DNA of 64,000 nucleotides from Acetobacteraceae bacterium UBA6159. GTDB taxonomy: Bacteria; Pseudomonadota; Alphaproteobacteria; Acetobacterales; Acetobacteraceae. Location of the stretch: the NCBI GenBank assembly GCA_002422345.1, contig DIUL01000142.1:78064-142063 (forward strand), in the 5' to 3' direction. The translations under genes were made by a program, and so were the position numbers. A model generated the notes under the pieces. That model had not been told where the DNA came from and did not search any database. It was given only the letters and a program-made list of their open reading frames with translations. Shown here piece by piece: positions 28,934-38,558 of this stretch (positions are counted from its first letter, which is position 1; the number at the start of each line of letters is the position of its first letter).

Positions 28934-29760
28934 GCACCCGTCTCCCCAGATTGCAGCCGGCTTTTGAGGTTTACATCATAGTCGCCCGTGTTCGTCAGCC
29001 GGTCGACTTCCTGGTGGTTGGCCGCGCGGGGCAGGATCGTCAGCGGGCCCGTCCCGCCATGGCGAATGGCAATCGACAGCGTGTGGCGCGTGGTGGGCAT
29101 CAGGGTATGGAATTGCCAGGCCGCGTCATGGTCGGCCAATGATGGCTCAAAATGGATCCTGACCGTCGGGGCATGGAAGGCGAATTGATCGAGCGGCGTC
29201 GACAGCCCGGCCCCGGTTGCCTTGATGTAGGCTTCCTTCAGCGTCCAGAACAGGAAAAACATGGTGTTCTTCCCAGCGTCCGGCGCCGCGTGAAGCTGCG
29301 CCACCTCGGCGGGGGCGAAATAGGCGTCGGCGAGTTGCAGGTGCCCGCCTGGTCGCTCCCGGTCCTCGATATCGACGCCGATCGGATGGTCCAGCACCAG
29401 GCCGCAGGCCACCGCGTTCGGCGCGTGGGAGATGTTGAAGCGCAGCCGATCCAGCCGGTGGTCGGGGTGCAGCGACGGTTTCCCGTGGTCGCCGGTGATG
29501 AACCGCCAGGACCGCGCATCCAGGCCGCCATGCCGATGCAGCATGCCCCGCAGCAACGCGTGCGCGGCGATATACTGCTGGCGGTCGGAGTCCCGCACGA
29601 AGCGAGCCGCGCGGGCCTGTTCCTCGGCATCGAGGACCGTATTCCAGGCGGCCCACCGGTGTGCCGGCACGGTCGCCAGATCCAGCCACCAGACGGCCGC
29701 GATCCCCGGCGGCAGCGTCAGGCGCGCCGTTGATTGCGGTTGCCAATCCCCAGACCCCAT
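28930..29760 (-). CDS. Sfp-type 4'-phosphopantetheinyl transferase
   Basis: HGKP, FNISH, IGVDIE, FWTLKEAYIKA.G.GL. Confidence 0.93.
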   Translation of the reverse strand: MGSGDWQPQSTARLTLPPGIAAVWWLDLATVPAHRWAAWNTVLDAEEQARAARFVRDSDRQQYIAAHALLRGMLHRHGGLDARSWRFITGDHGKPSLHPDHRLDRLRFNISHAPNAVACGLVLDHPIGVDIEDRERPGGHLQLADAYFAPAEVAQLHAAPDAGKNTMFFLFWTLKEAYIKATGAGLSTPLDQFAFHAPTVRIHFEPSLADHDAAWQFHTLMPTTRHTLSIAIRHGGTGPLTILPRAANHQEVDRLTNTGDYDVNLKSRLQSGETGA

Positions 29761-29818
29761 CGGTATCCTGTCCGCCCCCGCCGCCCGTGGTCACGGCCGC
29801 TTATCGCACGGAAGATGC

Positions 29819-30760
29819 ATGCCGCGCACGATCATGATGTTCTGCGGCCAGGGCGCCCAGTATTACCAGATGGGCCGGGAACTGCATCAGCAGGACAGGG
29901 TGTTCCGCCAGGCGCTCGACCGCTGCGACGAAATCGCCGGGGACGTCGTGGGGCGGACGATCAGCGACATCGTCTACTCACGCCCCTTGCAGGACAGCGA
30001 ACATTTCGACCGCCTGACCGAGAGCAACGCGGCCCTTCTCGGCATCAGCTATGCGATCGCGATGTCCCTGTTCGAACGCGGGCTGATGCCGCATCGCCTG
30101 CTGGGTTACAGCCTGGGTGAAACGATCGCCGCCGTCGTGGCCGGGGTCCTCTCCCTCGAGGACGGTTTCCGCCTTCTGCACGCCCAGGCTCGCCTGTTCG
30201 AAACCATGTCGCCCGCCGGTACGATGATCGCCGTCCTGGCTGAACCCGAGCGGGTGCGCGACTGCCCCGAGGTCGCGATGCTGACTGAGGTCGCCGCGAT
30301 CAACGCGCCCCGCCATTTCGTGCTGTCGCTGCTGGCCGGCGACATTCCCGCGGTGATCGGGGCACTTCACCGCCTGGGGGTCACCTGGGCCCGCTTGCCG
30401 GTCCGCTATCCGTTCCATGCCGCCGCGATCGATCCCCTGGCCGATCCGATGCGCCGCCTGACCGGAACATTTCAGTTTGGCCCGCCGCGCTGGCCGCTGA
30501 TCTCGGTGGCGACGGGCGGGCGGGTCGACCGATTCGACGGCAGCCATATCTGGCGTGTGATGCGCGGGCGGCTGCTGTATCGTGAAACGATCGAGGCCCT
30601 GGCGCGGGAAGGTGAGTGGACCTTGGTGGAAGCCGGTCCCTCTGGCACCCTGGCTTCGTTTGCCCGGCAGATCAGGGCGCCGGGGATCACCGGCTGGCCA
30701 TCGATCGACCAATTCGGGCAGAATGACAGAACAATGCGACAACTGATGGCGGCAATATGA
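29819..30760 (+). CDS. stand-alone acyltransferase-like protein, probable proofreading acyl hydrolase (PksD/PedC type)
   Basis: MFCGQGAQYYQMG, GYSLGE (not GHSLG) and YPFH. Start placed at ATG 29819 within the longer listed ORF. Confidence 0.8.
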   Translation: MPRTIMMFCGQGAQYYQMGRELHQQDRVFRQALDRCDEIAGDVVGRTISDIVYSRPLQDSEHFDRLTESNAALLGISYAIAMSLFERGLMPHRLLGYSLGETIAAVVAGVLSLEDGFRLLHAQARLFETMSPAGTMIAVLAEPERVRDCPEVAMLTEVAAINAPRHFVLSLLAGDIPAVIGALHRLGVTWARLPVRYPFHAAAIDPLADPMRRLTGTFQFGPPRWPLISVATGGRVDRFDGSHIWRVMRGRLLYRETIEALAREGEWTLVEAGPSGTLASFARQIRAPGITGWPSIDQFGQNDRTMRQLMAAI

Positions 30761-31632
30761 CACGCGTGGTGGTTTTCCCCGGACAGGGCTCTCAAACAGT
30801 CGGCATGGGGAAGGATCTGTTCGATCGTTTTCCCGAAATCGTGGCCATCGCCGACCGGGTGCTTGGCTATTCGATTCGCGACCTGTGCCTGAGCGACCCT
30901 GACAAGCAGCTGGGACAAACCCAGTTCACCCAGCCGGCTTTGTTTACGGTGAACGCGCTGCACTATCTGGCCTATCGCAAGGACGGCGGGGCCGAACCCG
31001 ACTTCGTCGCGGGGCACAGCCTGGGCGAGTACAACGCCCTGTTCGCGGCCGAGGCGTTTGACTTCGAAACCGGCCTGAAGCTGGTGCAGAAGCGCGGGGC
31101 GCTGATGGGCGCCATCTCCGGCGGCGGCATGGCGGCGGTGATCGGCATCGACGCCAGCGCCATCCGCGGCGCGATCGAGACGAGTGGAATCAGCACGGTC
31201 GACGTCGCCAACTTCAACGCGATCATCCAGACTGTCCTGTCCGGCCCGACCGAGGATCTGGAACGACTGGCCCCCGCCATCTCGGCGGCTGGCGGACGCA
31301 GCATCCCGATCAATGTGCGGACGGCCTTCCACTCCCGCTACATGCGTCCGGTGGCGCAGGAGTTCGGGGCATTCCTGGAGGGCCAGACATTCTCTCCGCT
31401 GGTCATTCCGGTGATCTCCAACTTCACCGCCCTGCCGTACCGGGACGATGAGATCGCCAACAACCTGGTCAAGCAGATCGACCATTCGGTCCGCTGGGTC
31501 GAGAGCATCCAGTATCTGCTGGAAGAACCCGAGCTGGAATTCATGGAGATGGGACCTGGCAAGGTTCTCGCCCGCCTGATCCAGGACATCCGCAAGCATC
31601 CGGTCCCGGTCAACATCGCCCGCCGTTACTGA
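30757..31632 (+). CDS. fabD: trans-acting malonyl-CoA:ACP acyltransferase (PksC/FabD-like)
   Basis: FPGQGSQ, TQFTQPAL, GHSLGEY, AFHSRYM, VRW, GPGKVL. Confidence 0.93.
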   Translation: MTRVVVFPGQGSQTVGMGKDLFDRFPEIVAIADRVLGYSIRDLCLSDPDKQLGQTQFTQPALFTVNALHYLAYRKDGGAEPDFVAGHSLGEYNALFAAEAFDFETGLKLVQKRGALMGAISGGGMAAVIGIDASAIRGAIETSGISTVDVANFNAIIQTVLSGPTEDLERLAPAISAAGGRSIPINVRTAFHSRYMRPVAQEFGAFLEGQTFSPLVIPVISNFTALPYRDDEIANNLVKQIDHSVRWVESIQYLLEEPELEFMEMGPGKVLARLIQDIRKHPVPVNIARRY

Positions 31633-31638
31633 CCGATC

Positions 31639-32616
31639 ATGCGGGCGGTTCTGTGCACCGGGTGGGGTGAGCCGGACAGGCTGATCCTGGCCGAGGTGCC
31701 CAATCCGCCTCTGACCCCCGGCGGCATCCGAGTGGATGTCGCCGCGGCGGCGGTGAACTTTGCCGACCTGCTGATGATCGCGGGCAAGTACCAGGAGAAC
31801 CCGCCGCTTCCGTTCAGTCCCGGCTTCGAGGTGGCGGGGACGGTGCGGGAGGTCGCGGCTGGCGTGTCCGGCTGGGCCGTCGGCGATCGCGTGATGGGGA
31901 TGCTGCCCCATGGCGGCTATGCGGAACAGGTCGTGCTGCCGGCCGACCAGGCGTTCCGCGTGCCGGACGGCCTGGATGTGGTCGCCGCCGCTGGCTTCCC
32001 CGTTGCCTATGGCACGGCCTATGCCAGCCTCGCCTGGCGCGCCCGTCTGCGCCCGGGGGAGCATCTGCTGGTCTTCGGTGCGGCTGGCGGCGTGGGGCTC
32101 GCGGCGGTGGAAATCGGGCGGATGCTGGGCGCGACGGTGATCGCCGTCGCCTCGGGACCCGAACGGCTGGCGGTCGCCGCCGACCATGGTGCCGCGCATC
32201 TGATCGACCACCGGACATCCGATGTCGCCGCCCGGGTGCGGGAAATCACCGGCGGGCGTGGCGCCGATGTCATCCTTGACCCGGTGGGTGGGGACGCATT
32301 CGAGGCCGGGCTGCGCTGTATCGCCTCCGAGGGACGGCTGGTCGTGGTCGGCTTCGCGAGCGGGCAGGTCGGCCAGCTATCCGCGGGCGTCGCGCTGGGC
32401 CGGAACATCGATCTGATCGGGTGCTATTGGGGCGCCTATCGTGGGGCGGATGGCGGGCGGGTGCGCGGTGCCTATGACGAACTGGCCCGCTGGGTTACCT
32501 CGGGTCGGCTGCGGCCGCATGTCGGGGCACGATTTCCGCTGGCCGAGGCGCCAAAGGCGCTGGCGATGCTGCGGGATCGCGGCGTGGCCGGGAAGATCAT
32601 CCTGACGATGGAATAG
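31639..32616 (+). CDS. NADPH:quinone oxidoreductase-like MDR (Zn-independent)
   Basis: VNFADLL...GKYQ..PPLPF.PG.E, GAAGGVG, GFASG, GKIIL. Confidence 0.88.
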   Translation: MRAVLCTGWGEPDRLILAEVPNPPLTPGGIRVDVAAAAVNFADLLMIAGKYQENPPLPFSPGFEVAGTVREVAAGVSGWAVGDRVMGMLPHGGYAEQVVLPADQAFRVPDGLDVVAAAGFPVAYGTAYASLAWRARLRPGEHLLVFGAAGGVGLAAVEIGRMLGATVIAVASGPERLAVAADHGAAHLIDHRTSDVAARVREITGGRGADVILDPVGGDAFEAGLRCIASEGRLVVVGFASGQVGQLSAGVALGRNIDLIGCYWGAYRGADGGRVRGAYDELARWVTSGRLRPHVGARFPLAEAPKALAMLRDRGVAGKIILTME

Positions 32617-32629
32617 GCCGGAGGTGGCC

Positions 32630-35600
32630 TCAGGCCGCCGGCGCCTTCCCATGCCCCTTCTCGGACGAGATCAGCATATACACCGCCGGCACCACGTAGA
32701 GCGTGAACATCGTCCCGATCGCAATGCCGGTCGCGATCACCACCCCCATGTTGAACCGCGACGCCGCCCCCGCGCCGGACGCAAGCAGCAACGGCACGAC
32801 CCCCAGCACCATCGCGGCCGTCGTCATGATGATCGGCCGCAGCCGGGTGATCGCCGCCTGCTTCACCGCGTCGCGCTTGGACATGCCCTGGTCGCGCAGG
32901 CCGTTGGCGAACTCCACGATCAGGATGCCGTGCTTGCTGATCAGGCCCATCAGCGTCACCAACCCGACCTCGGTGTAGATGTTCAGCGACACGCCCCCCA
33001 GCCCGAGGCAGATGAACACCAGCGCCCCCGCGATCGACATCGGCACCGAGATCAGGATGATCAGCGGGTCGCGGAAGCTGCGGAATTGCGCGGTCAGGGC
33101 CAGGTAGATGATGATCAGGGCGAAGGTGAAGATCGTCACGAAGCCGCGGGATTCCGACACGAACTGGCGCGATGATCCGCCGTATTCGACCTGATACCCG
33201 GGCGGCAGGACCCGCTGCGCGATTTCGCTCAGGCTGGTCAGGACATCGCCCAGCGCGATGCCCGGCACCGGCACGCCCTGGATCGTGGCCGCGTTCAATT
33301 GCCCGAAATGATTGAGCGATTCGGGGATGGTCTGCGCCGTGATCGTCGCGATGGTCGACAGCGGCACCGTCCGTCCGTCCGCCGTCCGGATCGCGTAGTC
33401 CAGCAACTGGCTCGCATCCAGGCGGAACCGCTGGTCGGCCTGCGGGATCACCTTGTACGACCGCCCATCCAGGCTGAAATAGTTCACATAGGCGCCGCTC
33501 AGCATCCAGGTCAGGGAGGTGCCGATATCGCTCATGCTGAGGCCAAGCATGGCGACTTTGTCGCGATCGAGGTTGAGGGTGTACTGCGGCTGGTCGATCT
33601 TCAGGTCGGAGACGACATAGGCGAACAGGCCGCTTTTCTGCGCCTCGGCCAGCATGGACTGGGAGACGATGTTGAGCTGCTCGAACGAGGACGTCGTGGT
33701 GATCACGAACTGAACCGGCAGGCCCGAGGCACCGGGCAGCGTCGGCGGCTGGAATGCCACCACCTGGGCACCGGCGATCCCCCCCACCCGCTGCTGCACG
33801 AGGGTTTGCAGGGCCGTCGCGTTGCGTGACCGCTCATCCCAGGGCTTCAGGACCAGGCCGCCGACGGACGTGCCGGGAACATCGATCTGGAACATGCTGT
33901 CCAGCTCAGGCAGGTCCGAGATCATCTTGTAGAGCTGGGCCGAGTACAGCTCCCGCTGGGTCAGTGTCGCGTTCGGCGCGGCGGACGACAGGGTCATGAC
34001 CAGGCCCTGGTCCTCCTGCGGCGCCAGTTCGCTGGTCGAGGACGAATACAGGAAATAGATGCTGCCCAGGATGATGGCGGCAAAGGTGTAGGTGACCGGC
34101 CGGTAGTCCAGGCTGTGGTCCAGCCGTCGGGCGTAGCGGGCGGCGCGGCGGTCGAACCAGCGGGAGAACGCGTCCGAGATGCGCTCCAACCGGCCTCGTT
34201 TGGTGGGATCGGACACGCGCAGAAGATGCGCGCACATCATGGGTGACAGGGTCAGGGCGACGACGCCCGACAGGGTCACGGCGCCGGCCAAGGTGAAGGC
34301 GAACTCGGTGAACAGCGCGCCGGTCAGGCCCGACTGGAAGCCGATCGGCACGTAGACGGCGATCAGCACCAGGGTCATCGCGATGATCGGGCCGCCAAGC
34401 TCCCGCGTCGCGGTGATGGCGGCGTCCAGCGGCGTCAGCCCTTCCTCCAGATGCCGGTTGACGTTTTCCACCACGATGATGACGTCATCGACCACCAGCC
34501 CGATCGCAAGCACCAGGGCCAGCAGGGTCAGCAGGTTCACGGTGAAGGACAGCGCCATCATGATCGCGAAGGTCCCGACCAGGCAGATCGGGATGGCGAT
34601 GAGGGGGATCGCCACCGATCGTGGGGAGCCCAGGAAGATGAACACGACCAGTGCGACGATCACCAGGGCTTCGATCAGCGCGGTCACGACCTCGACCAGC
34701 GAACTGTTCACGAAGCCGCTGGCGTCATAGATGATCTCGGCGGTCAGGCCGCCTGGCAGGGCGGCCTGGATGCTCGGGAACACCGCCTTTACCGCCCCGA
34801 TCACCTGCAACAGGTTGGCGCTCGGCGCCAATTGGATGCCCAGGTAGACCGACCGCTTGCCGTTGAACCAGACCTGGGATTCATAGTTGTCGGCACCCAG
34901 GGACACAGTGGCGACATCCTGCAATCGGACGATCGCGCCGCCGGTCTGGCGGATGACCAGGTTGCGGAATTCCTCCAGCGAATGCAGCCCGGTGTTCGCC
35001 GACAGCAGGGCCTGGACCATGTTACCCTGCGTGCCGCCCAGGCCGGCGATGAAGTTGTTCTGCGACAGGGCGCCGGTGATATCGGCGGCGGTCAGGCCCA
35101 GCGCGGCCAGCTTGTTGGGATCAAGCCAGGCTCGCAGGGAGAAGTTCTGAGAGCCGAGCATCTCGGCTTTCTGGATGCCGGGGATGGTTTCGATCTGGGG
35201 CTTGGCGACGCGGATCAGGTAGTCGGTGATCTGGTTCGGTTGCAGCACGTCGCTGTAGAAGCCGATATACATGGCATCCACGGTCGTGCTGTTGGCCACG
35301 GCGATCGACGGTTGCAGCGTCCCGGTCGGCAACTGGTTGATGATGGAGCTGACCCGGGTGTTGATGTCGGACAGCGCCGCGCGGGAATCGTAGTTGAGCC
35401 GCAGGTTGGCCGTGATCGTGCTCATGCCCGACTGGCTCATGGACGTCATGTAGTCGATGCCGTCGACTTGGGCGATCGCCTGCTCGATGGGCGTCGTGAT
35501 GAAGCCCGCGACGGTGGCCGCGTCGGCGCCGAAATAGATCGTGGTGACCGTGACGACCGCGCTTTCGGTCTGCGGGTATTCCTGGATCGGCATGGAGGTC

Positions 35601-35686
35601 ATGGCGCGCAGGCCGGCGACCATGATGGCCAGGCTGACGACGATCGCGAGGACCGGTTGACGGACGAAGGTCGCGATAAGGTTCAT
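32630..35686 (-). CDS. RND efflux transporter permease (AcrB/MexW-like)
   Basis: 1018 aa; AIGLVVDD.I.VVEN, GLISKHGILIVEFAN, RLRPIIMTT. Confidence 0.95.
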   Translation of the reverse strand: MNLIATFVRQPVLAIVVSLAIMVAGLRAMTSMPIQEYPQTESAVVTVTTIYFGADAATVAGFITTPIEQAIAQVDGIDYMTSMSQSGMSTITANLRLNYDSRAALSDINTRVSSIINQLPTGTLQPSIAVANSTTVDAMYIGFYSDVLQPNQITDYLIRVAKPQIETIPGIQKAEMLGSQNFSLRAWLDPNKLAALGLTAADITGALSQNNFIAGLGGTQGNMVQALLSANTGLHSLEEFRNLVIRQTGGAIVRLQDVATVSLGADNYESQVWFNGKRSVYLGIQLAPSANLLQVIGAVKAVFPSIQAALPGGLTAEIIYDASGFVNSSLVEVVTALIEALVIVALVVFIFLGSPRSVAIPLIAIPICLVGTFAIMMALSFTVNLLTLLALVLAIGLVVDDVIIVVENVNRHLEEGLTPLDAAITATRELGGPIIAMTLVLIAVYVPIGFQSGLTGALFTEFAFTLAGAVTLSGVVALTLSPMMCAHLLRVSDPTKRGRLERISDAFSRWFDRRAARYARRLDHSLDYRPVTYTFAAIILGSIYFLYSSSTSELAPQEDQGLVMTLSSAAPNATLTQRELYSAQLYKMISDLPELDSMFQIDVPGTSVGGLVLKPWDERSRNATALQTLVQQRVGGIAGAQVVAFQPPTLPGASGLPVQFVITTTSSFEQLNIVSQSMLAEAQKSGLFAYVVSDLKIDQPQYTLNLDRDKVAMLGLSMSDIGTSLTWMLSGAYVNYFSLDGRSYKVIPQADQRFRLDASQLLDYAIRTADGRTVPLSTIATITAQTIPESLNHFGQLNAATIQGVPVPGIALGDVLTSLSEIAQRVLPPGYQVEYGGSSRQFVSESRGFVTIFTFALIIIYLALTAQFRSFRDPLIILISVPMSIAGALVFICLGLGGVSLNIYTEVGLVTLMGLISKHGILIVEFANGLRDQGMSKRDAVKQAAITRLRPIIMTTAAMVLGVVPLLLASGAGAASRFNMGVVIATGIAIGTMFTLYVVPAVYMLISSEKGHGKAPAA

Positions 35687-35698
35687 GCTGCCCGCGGC

Positions 35699-36829
35699 CT
35701 ATCGCTGCGGCAGGACGGGCGCCGGGCTGGCGCTGGGTTGGACCGAGTTGTCGACGACCACCGCCGTGCCGTTCCGCAGCTTGATCTGGCCGGCGGTGAC
35801 CACGGTCTGTCCTTCCTTGATCCCGGACAGCACGGCGATCTGATCCCCGCGGGATGCGCCCGTCGTGACGAAGGTCTGCTGCGCGACCAGCTTCAGCTTG
35901 CCCTTGTCGTCCTTGCCGGCTTCTTCCAGCACGAAGACCGTGCTGCCATAGGCGTTGAAGGCAACGGCGGACTGCGGAAGGGTCAGAAGCCGCTGGGGCT
36001 TCTCGGCCTCGATCTCGACGGTCGCATACATGCCCGGCAGCAGCTTGAGCCCGGTATTGGCCAGCGTGGCGCGGATCAGAACGTTGCGGCTGCTGAGTTC
36101 GACCTTGGCGTTGATCGCGGTGACCTTTCCCGGGAAGACCTGGTCGGGCAGCGCGTCCACCCGCGCGCGCAGGACCTCTCCGACTGCCAGCCGGGACAGG
36201 GTTTGCTGGGGCAGGTAGAAATCCAGGTAGATCGGGTCGAGCGCCTGCAACGTCACGATCGGCGTGCCGGGGTTCAGGTACTGCCCCACATCCACCTGCC
36301 GGATGCCGAGGCGCCCGGCGAAGGGCGCGCGGATGGATTTGGTGTCGATCAGGGCTTTCTGCGCCTCGACCTGGGCGCGGGCGGATTTCAGGTTCGCGAG
36401 GTCGGCATCGACCGTGGCCTGGCTGACGATCTTCTCCCGGAACTGGCGCAGGTCCCGCTGATAGGTGATCTCCGCGAGTTCCTGCATGGCCTGCAACTGC
36501 GCCAGGCGGCTGTTGGCGTCGTTCAGCCGCATGGTCATCAGCAGGGTGCCGGCGGCGACGTCCTGGCCCGACAGGAAGGTCAGGGTCTCGATGATGCCCG
36601 GCTGCTCGGGGGCGATGTCGACGCCCTGGGTGGCGCGCAGGGTCCCGACGGCACGCTGCAAGGGTTGCCAGTCCTGGAACTGGGCCTGCGTCGCCGAGAC
36701 GGTCTGCGGCGCGGCGGCGTAGTCGGACAGGGCCTTGGCGATCAGGTGGGTCTTCAGGACCTGGAACCCGTAGACCCCGCCCAGGACGGCGCCAACCGCC
36801 AGCAGCATGATGATCATGCGTTTGATCAT
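35699..36829 (-). CDS. RND efflux periplasmic adaptor (membrane fusion protein)
   Basis: Starts MIKRMIIMLL (TM anchor); IRAPFAGRLGIRQV..GQY, LLPGMYA, VVTAGQ.KL. Confidence 0.92.
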   Translation of the reverse strand: MIKRMIIMLLAVGAVLGGVYGFQVLKTHLIAKALSDYAAAPQTVSATQAQFQDWQPLQRAVGTLRATQGVDIAPEQPGIIETLTFLSGQDVAAGTLLMTMRLNDANSRLAQLQAMQELAEITYQRDLRQFREKIVSQATVDADLANLKSARAQVEAQKALIDTKSIRAPFAGRLGIRQVDVGQYLNPGTPIVTLQALDPIYLDFYLPQQTLSRLAVGEVLRARVDALPDQVFPGKVTAINAKVELSSRNVLIRATLANTGLKLLPGMYATVEIEAEKPQRLLTLPQSAVAFNAYGSTVFVLEEAGKDDKGKLKLVAQQTFVTTGASRGDQIAVLSGIKEGQTVVTAGQIKLRNGTAVVVDNSVQPSASPAPVLPQR

Positions 36830-36834
36830 GTAGG

Positions 36835-38367
36835 TCAGCTCTCTTGCGGGGGCGGGGCGGGTCGGTTCCACCAGCCGCCGCCCAGCGCCTGGTACAGCGC
36901 GGCGGTGTCGGCGAAACGGTTGGTCTCGGCCTGGATCAGCGCAATCCGGGCCTGCGCATGGGTGGTCTGGGCATTCAGCAGCGTCAGGAAGGACGTGCCC
37001 CCGGCCCGGTACTGCGCTTCCGCGATGGACAGGCTGGCGGCGGCGGCCCGTTCGGCGGCCCGCTGCGCCAGCACCGCGTCGGCGTCGGTCTGCAGCGCCA
37101 GCAGGGTATCGGCGACGTTGCGGAAGGCGCCGAGAACCGTGCTCCGATACTGTGCCAGCGCCGCTTCCAGTCCCGCATCCGCCGCTCGGCGTTGATGGAG
37201 AAGCTGCCCGCCCTGGAACAATGGTTGGGTGAGGTTGGCGCCGTAGTCCCAAATCATCGATCCGGGCCTGAACAATCGCCCCAGTGCCATGGTGCCGACC
37301 GCGGCTGAGAGCGAGAGTTGGGGCAGCATGGCGTTGATGGCGATACCGACCTGGGCCGTGGCTGCGTGAAGCTGGGCGGAGGCGGCGCGGATGTCGGGGC
37401 GTTGCTCCACCAGGGCCGAAGGCAGGCTGACCGGCAGTTCCCCCGGCAGGCGCAGGCTGGTCAGGGCGATGGGTGGGCCAGCGCTCTCACCGGGGAAGCG
37501 CCCGGTCAGGCCGTTGATCAGATCACGCTGCTGGCCGATCTGGCGATGCAGCGCGGGCAGTCCGGCCTCGGCCTGGGCGAGCGCGGCTTCCTGGGAGACG
37601 ACGTCTGCCCCCGCGGCCCCGCCCAGCGCGGTCTGCCGGCGCACCAGGTCCAGGACCCTGCGGCGCATCGCCACGATTTCCTCGGTTGCGGCAAGCTGGG
37701 CATGGAGCGAGGCCTCCTGGATCGCGGCCACGACCACGTTGGCGGCGATGGTCAGGTAGGCGGCTTCGAGCTGGAAACGCTGGTAGGTGGCCTGGGCGTC
37801 CGCAGCCTCGATCTGGCGCCTGGTTCCGCCGAAGATGTCCAGCGGGTAGGAGATACTGAGCTGGGAGGTGTTGAGGGTGAAGACCTCGGAATAGCTCTGG
37901 CCGATCGAGGCGGCCGAGAATCCGACCCGGGTCCCCGATGCCTTGATGCCCAGGGAAGGAAACATCCCGCCGCGGGCGGCCAACGCGTTTTCCTGCGTCT
38001 GGCGCAGCGTGGCCTGGGCGGCTTCCAGGTCGGGATTGGCTTTCAGCGCCTGGGCCACCAGTGCGGTGAGTTCAGCCGATCCGAACAGGGTCCACCAGTC
38101 ATGGGGCAGGTCCCGCCCTGTCAGGAAGGCCTGGGACGCTGCGGCGCCGTCTCCCCCGCCGGCGGTGCGGGCGGGCAGGGGGCCGGCGCTGACGCTCGCG
38201 GTATCCGGCAGGTCGGGCCGCTTGTAGTCCGGGCCGACCGCGCAGCCGCCAAGGGCTGACGCGCCCAGGACCGAGGCGCCCAGGACCGAGGCGATCGCCG
38301 CGAGGGCCGAACGCCGCCCGACGGGGCGGTTTGTCGATGGCACGGGCACGATGGCCTGTCGCCCCAT
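36835..38367 (-). CDS. efflux outer-membrane lipoprotein (NodT/OprM family)
   Basis: Lipobox LGGC-AVGPDY; WWTLFG, NPDL.AA, PSALVEQRPDI, LYQALGGGWW. Start at ATG 38367 after a GGGGAG RBS. Confidence 0.92.
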   Translation of the reverse strand: MGRQAIVPVPSTNRPVGRRSALAAIASVLGASVLGASALGGCAVGPDYKRPDLPDTASVSAGPLPARTAGGGDGAAASQAFLTGRDLPHDWWTLFGSAELTALVAQALKANPDLEAAQATLRQTQENALAARGGMFPSLGIKASGTRVGFSAASIGQSYSEVFTLNTSQLSISYPLDIFGGTRRQIEAADAQATYQRFQLEAAYLTIAANVVVAAIQEASLHAQLAATEEIVAMRRRVLDLVRRQTALGGAAGADVVSQEAALAQAEAGLPALHRQIGQQRDLINGLTGRFPGESAGPPIALTSLRLPGELPVSLPSALVEQRPDIRAASAQLHAATAQVGIAINAMLPQLSLSAAVGTMALGRLFRPGSMIWDYGANLTQPLFQGGQLLHQRRAADAGLEAALAQYRSTVLGAFRNVADTLLALQTDADAVLAQRAAERAAAASLSIAEAQYRAGGTSFLTLLNAQTTHAQARIALIQAETNRFADTAALYQALGGGWWNRPAPPPQES

Positions 38368-38558
38368 AGGCTCCCCCGCTCGGATCACATTGCTTTCATA
38401 TGGTATGGTGGTCCCGCCCGCGCCGCAATGCGGGTCGTGGACGCGCTGTTGATCGTCCGGATCGATCCGGTGGTTGAGGTTCTGGCCCGCACACGTCAAA
38501 GTGGCGTCACCCGATGGTCGGGTGAAGGCCCCAGGCCTCAGATCGGAAGGCTCGTCAG

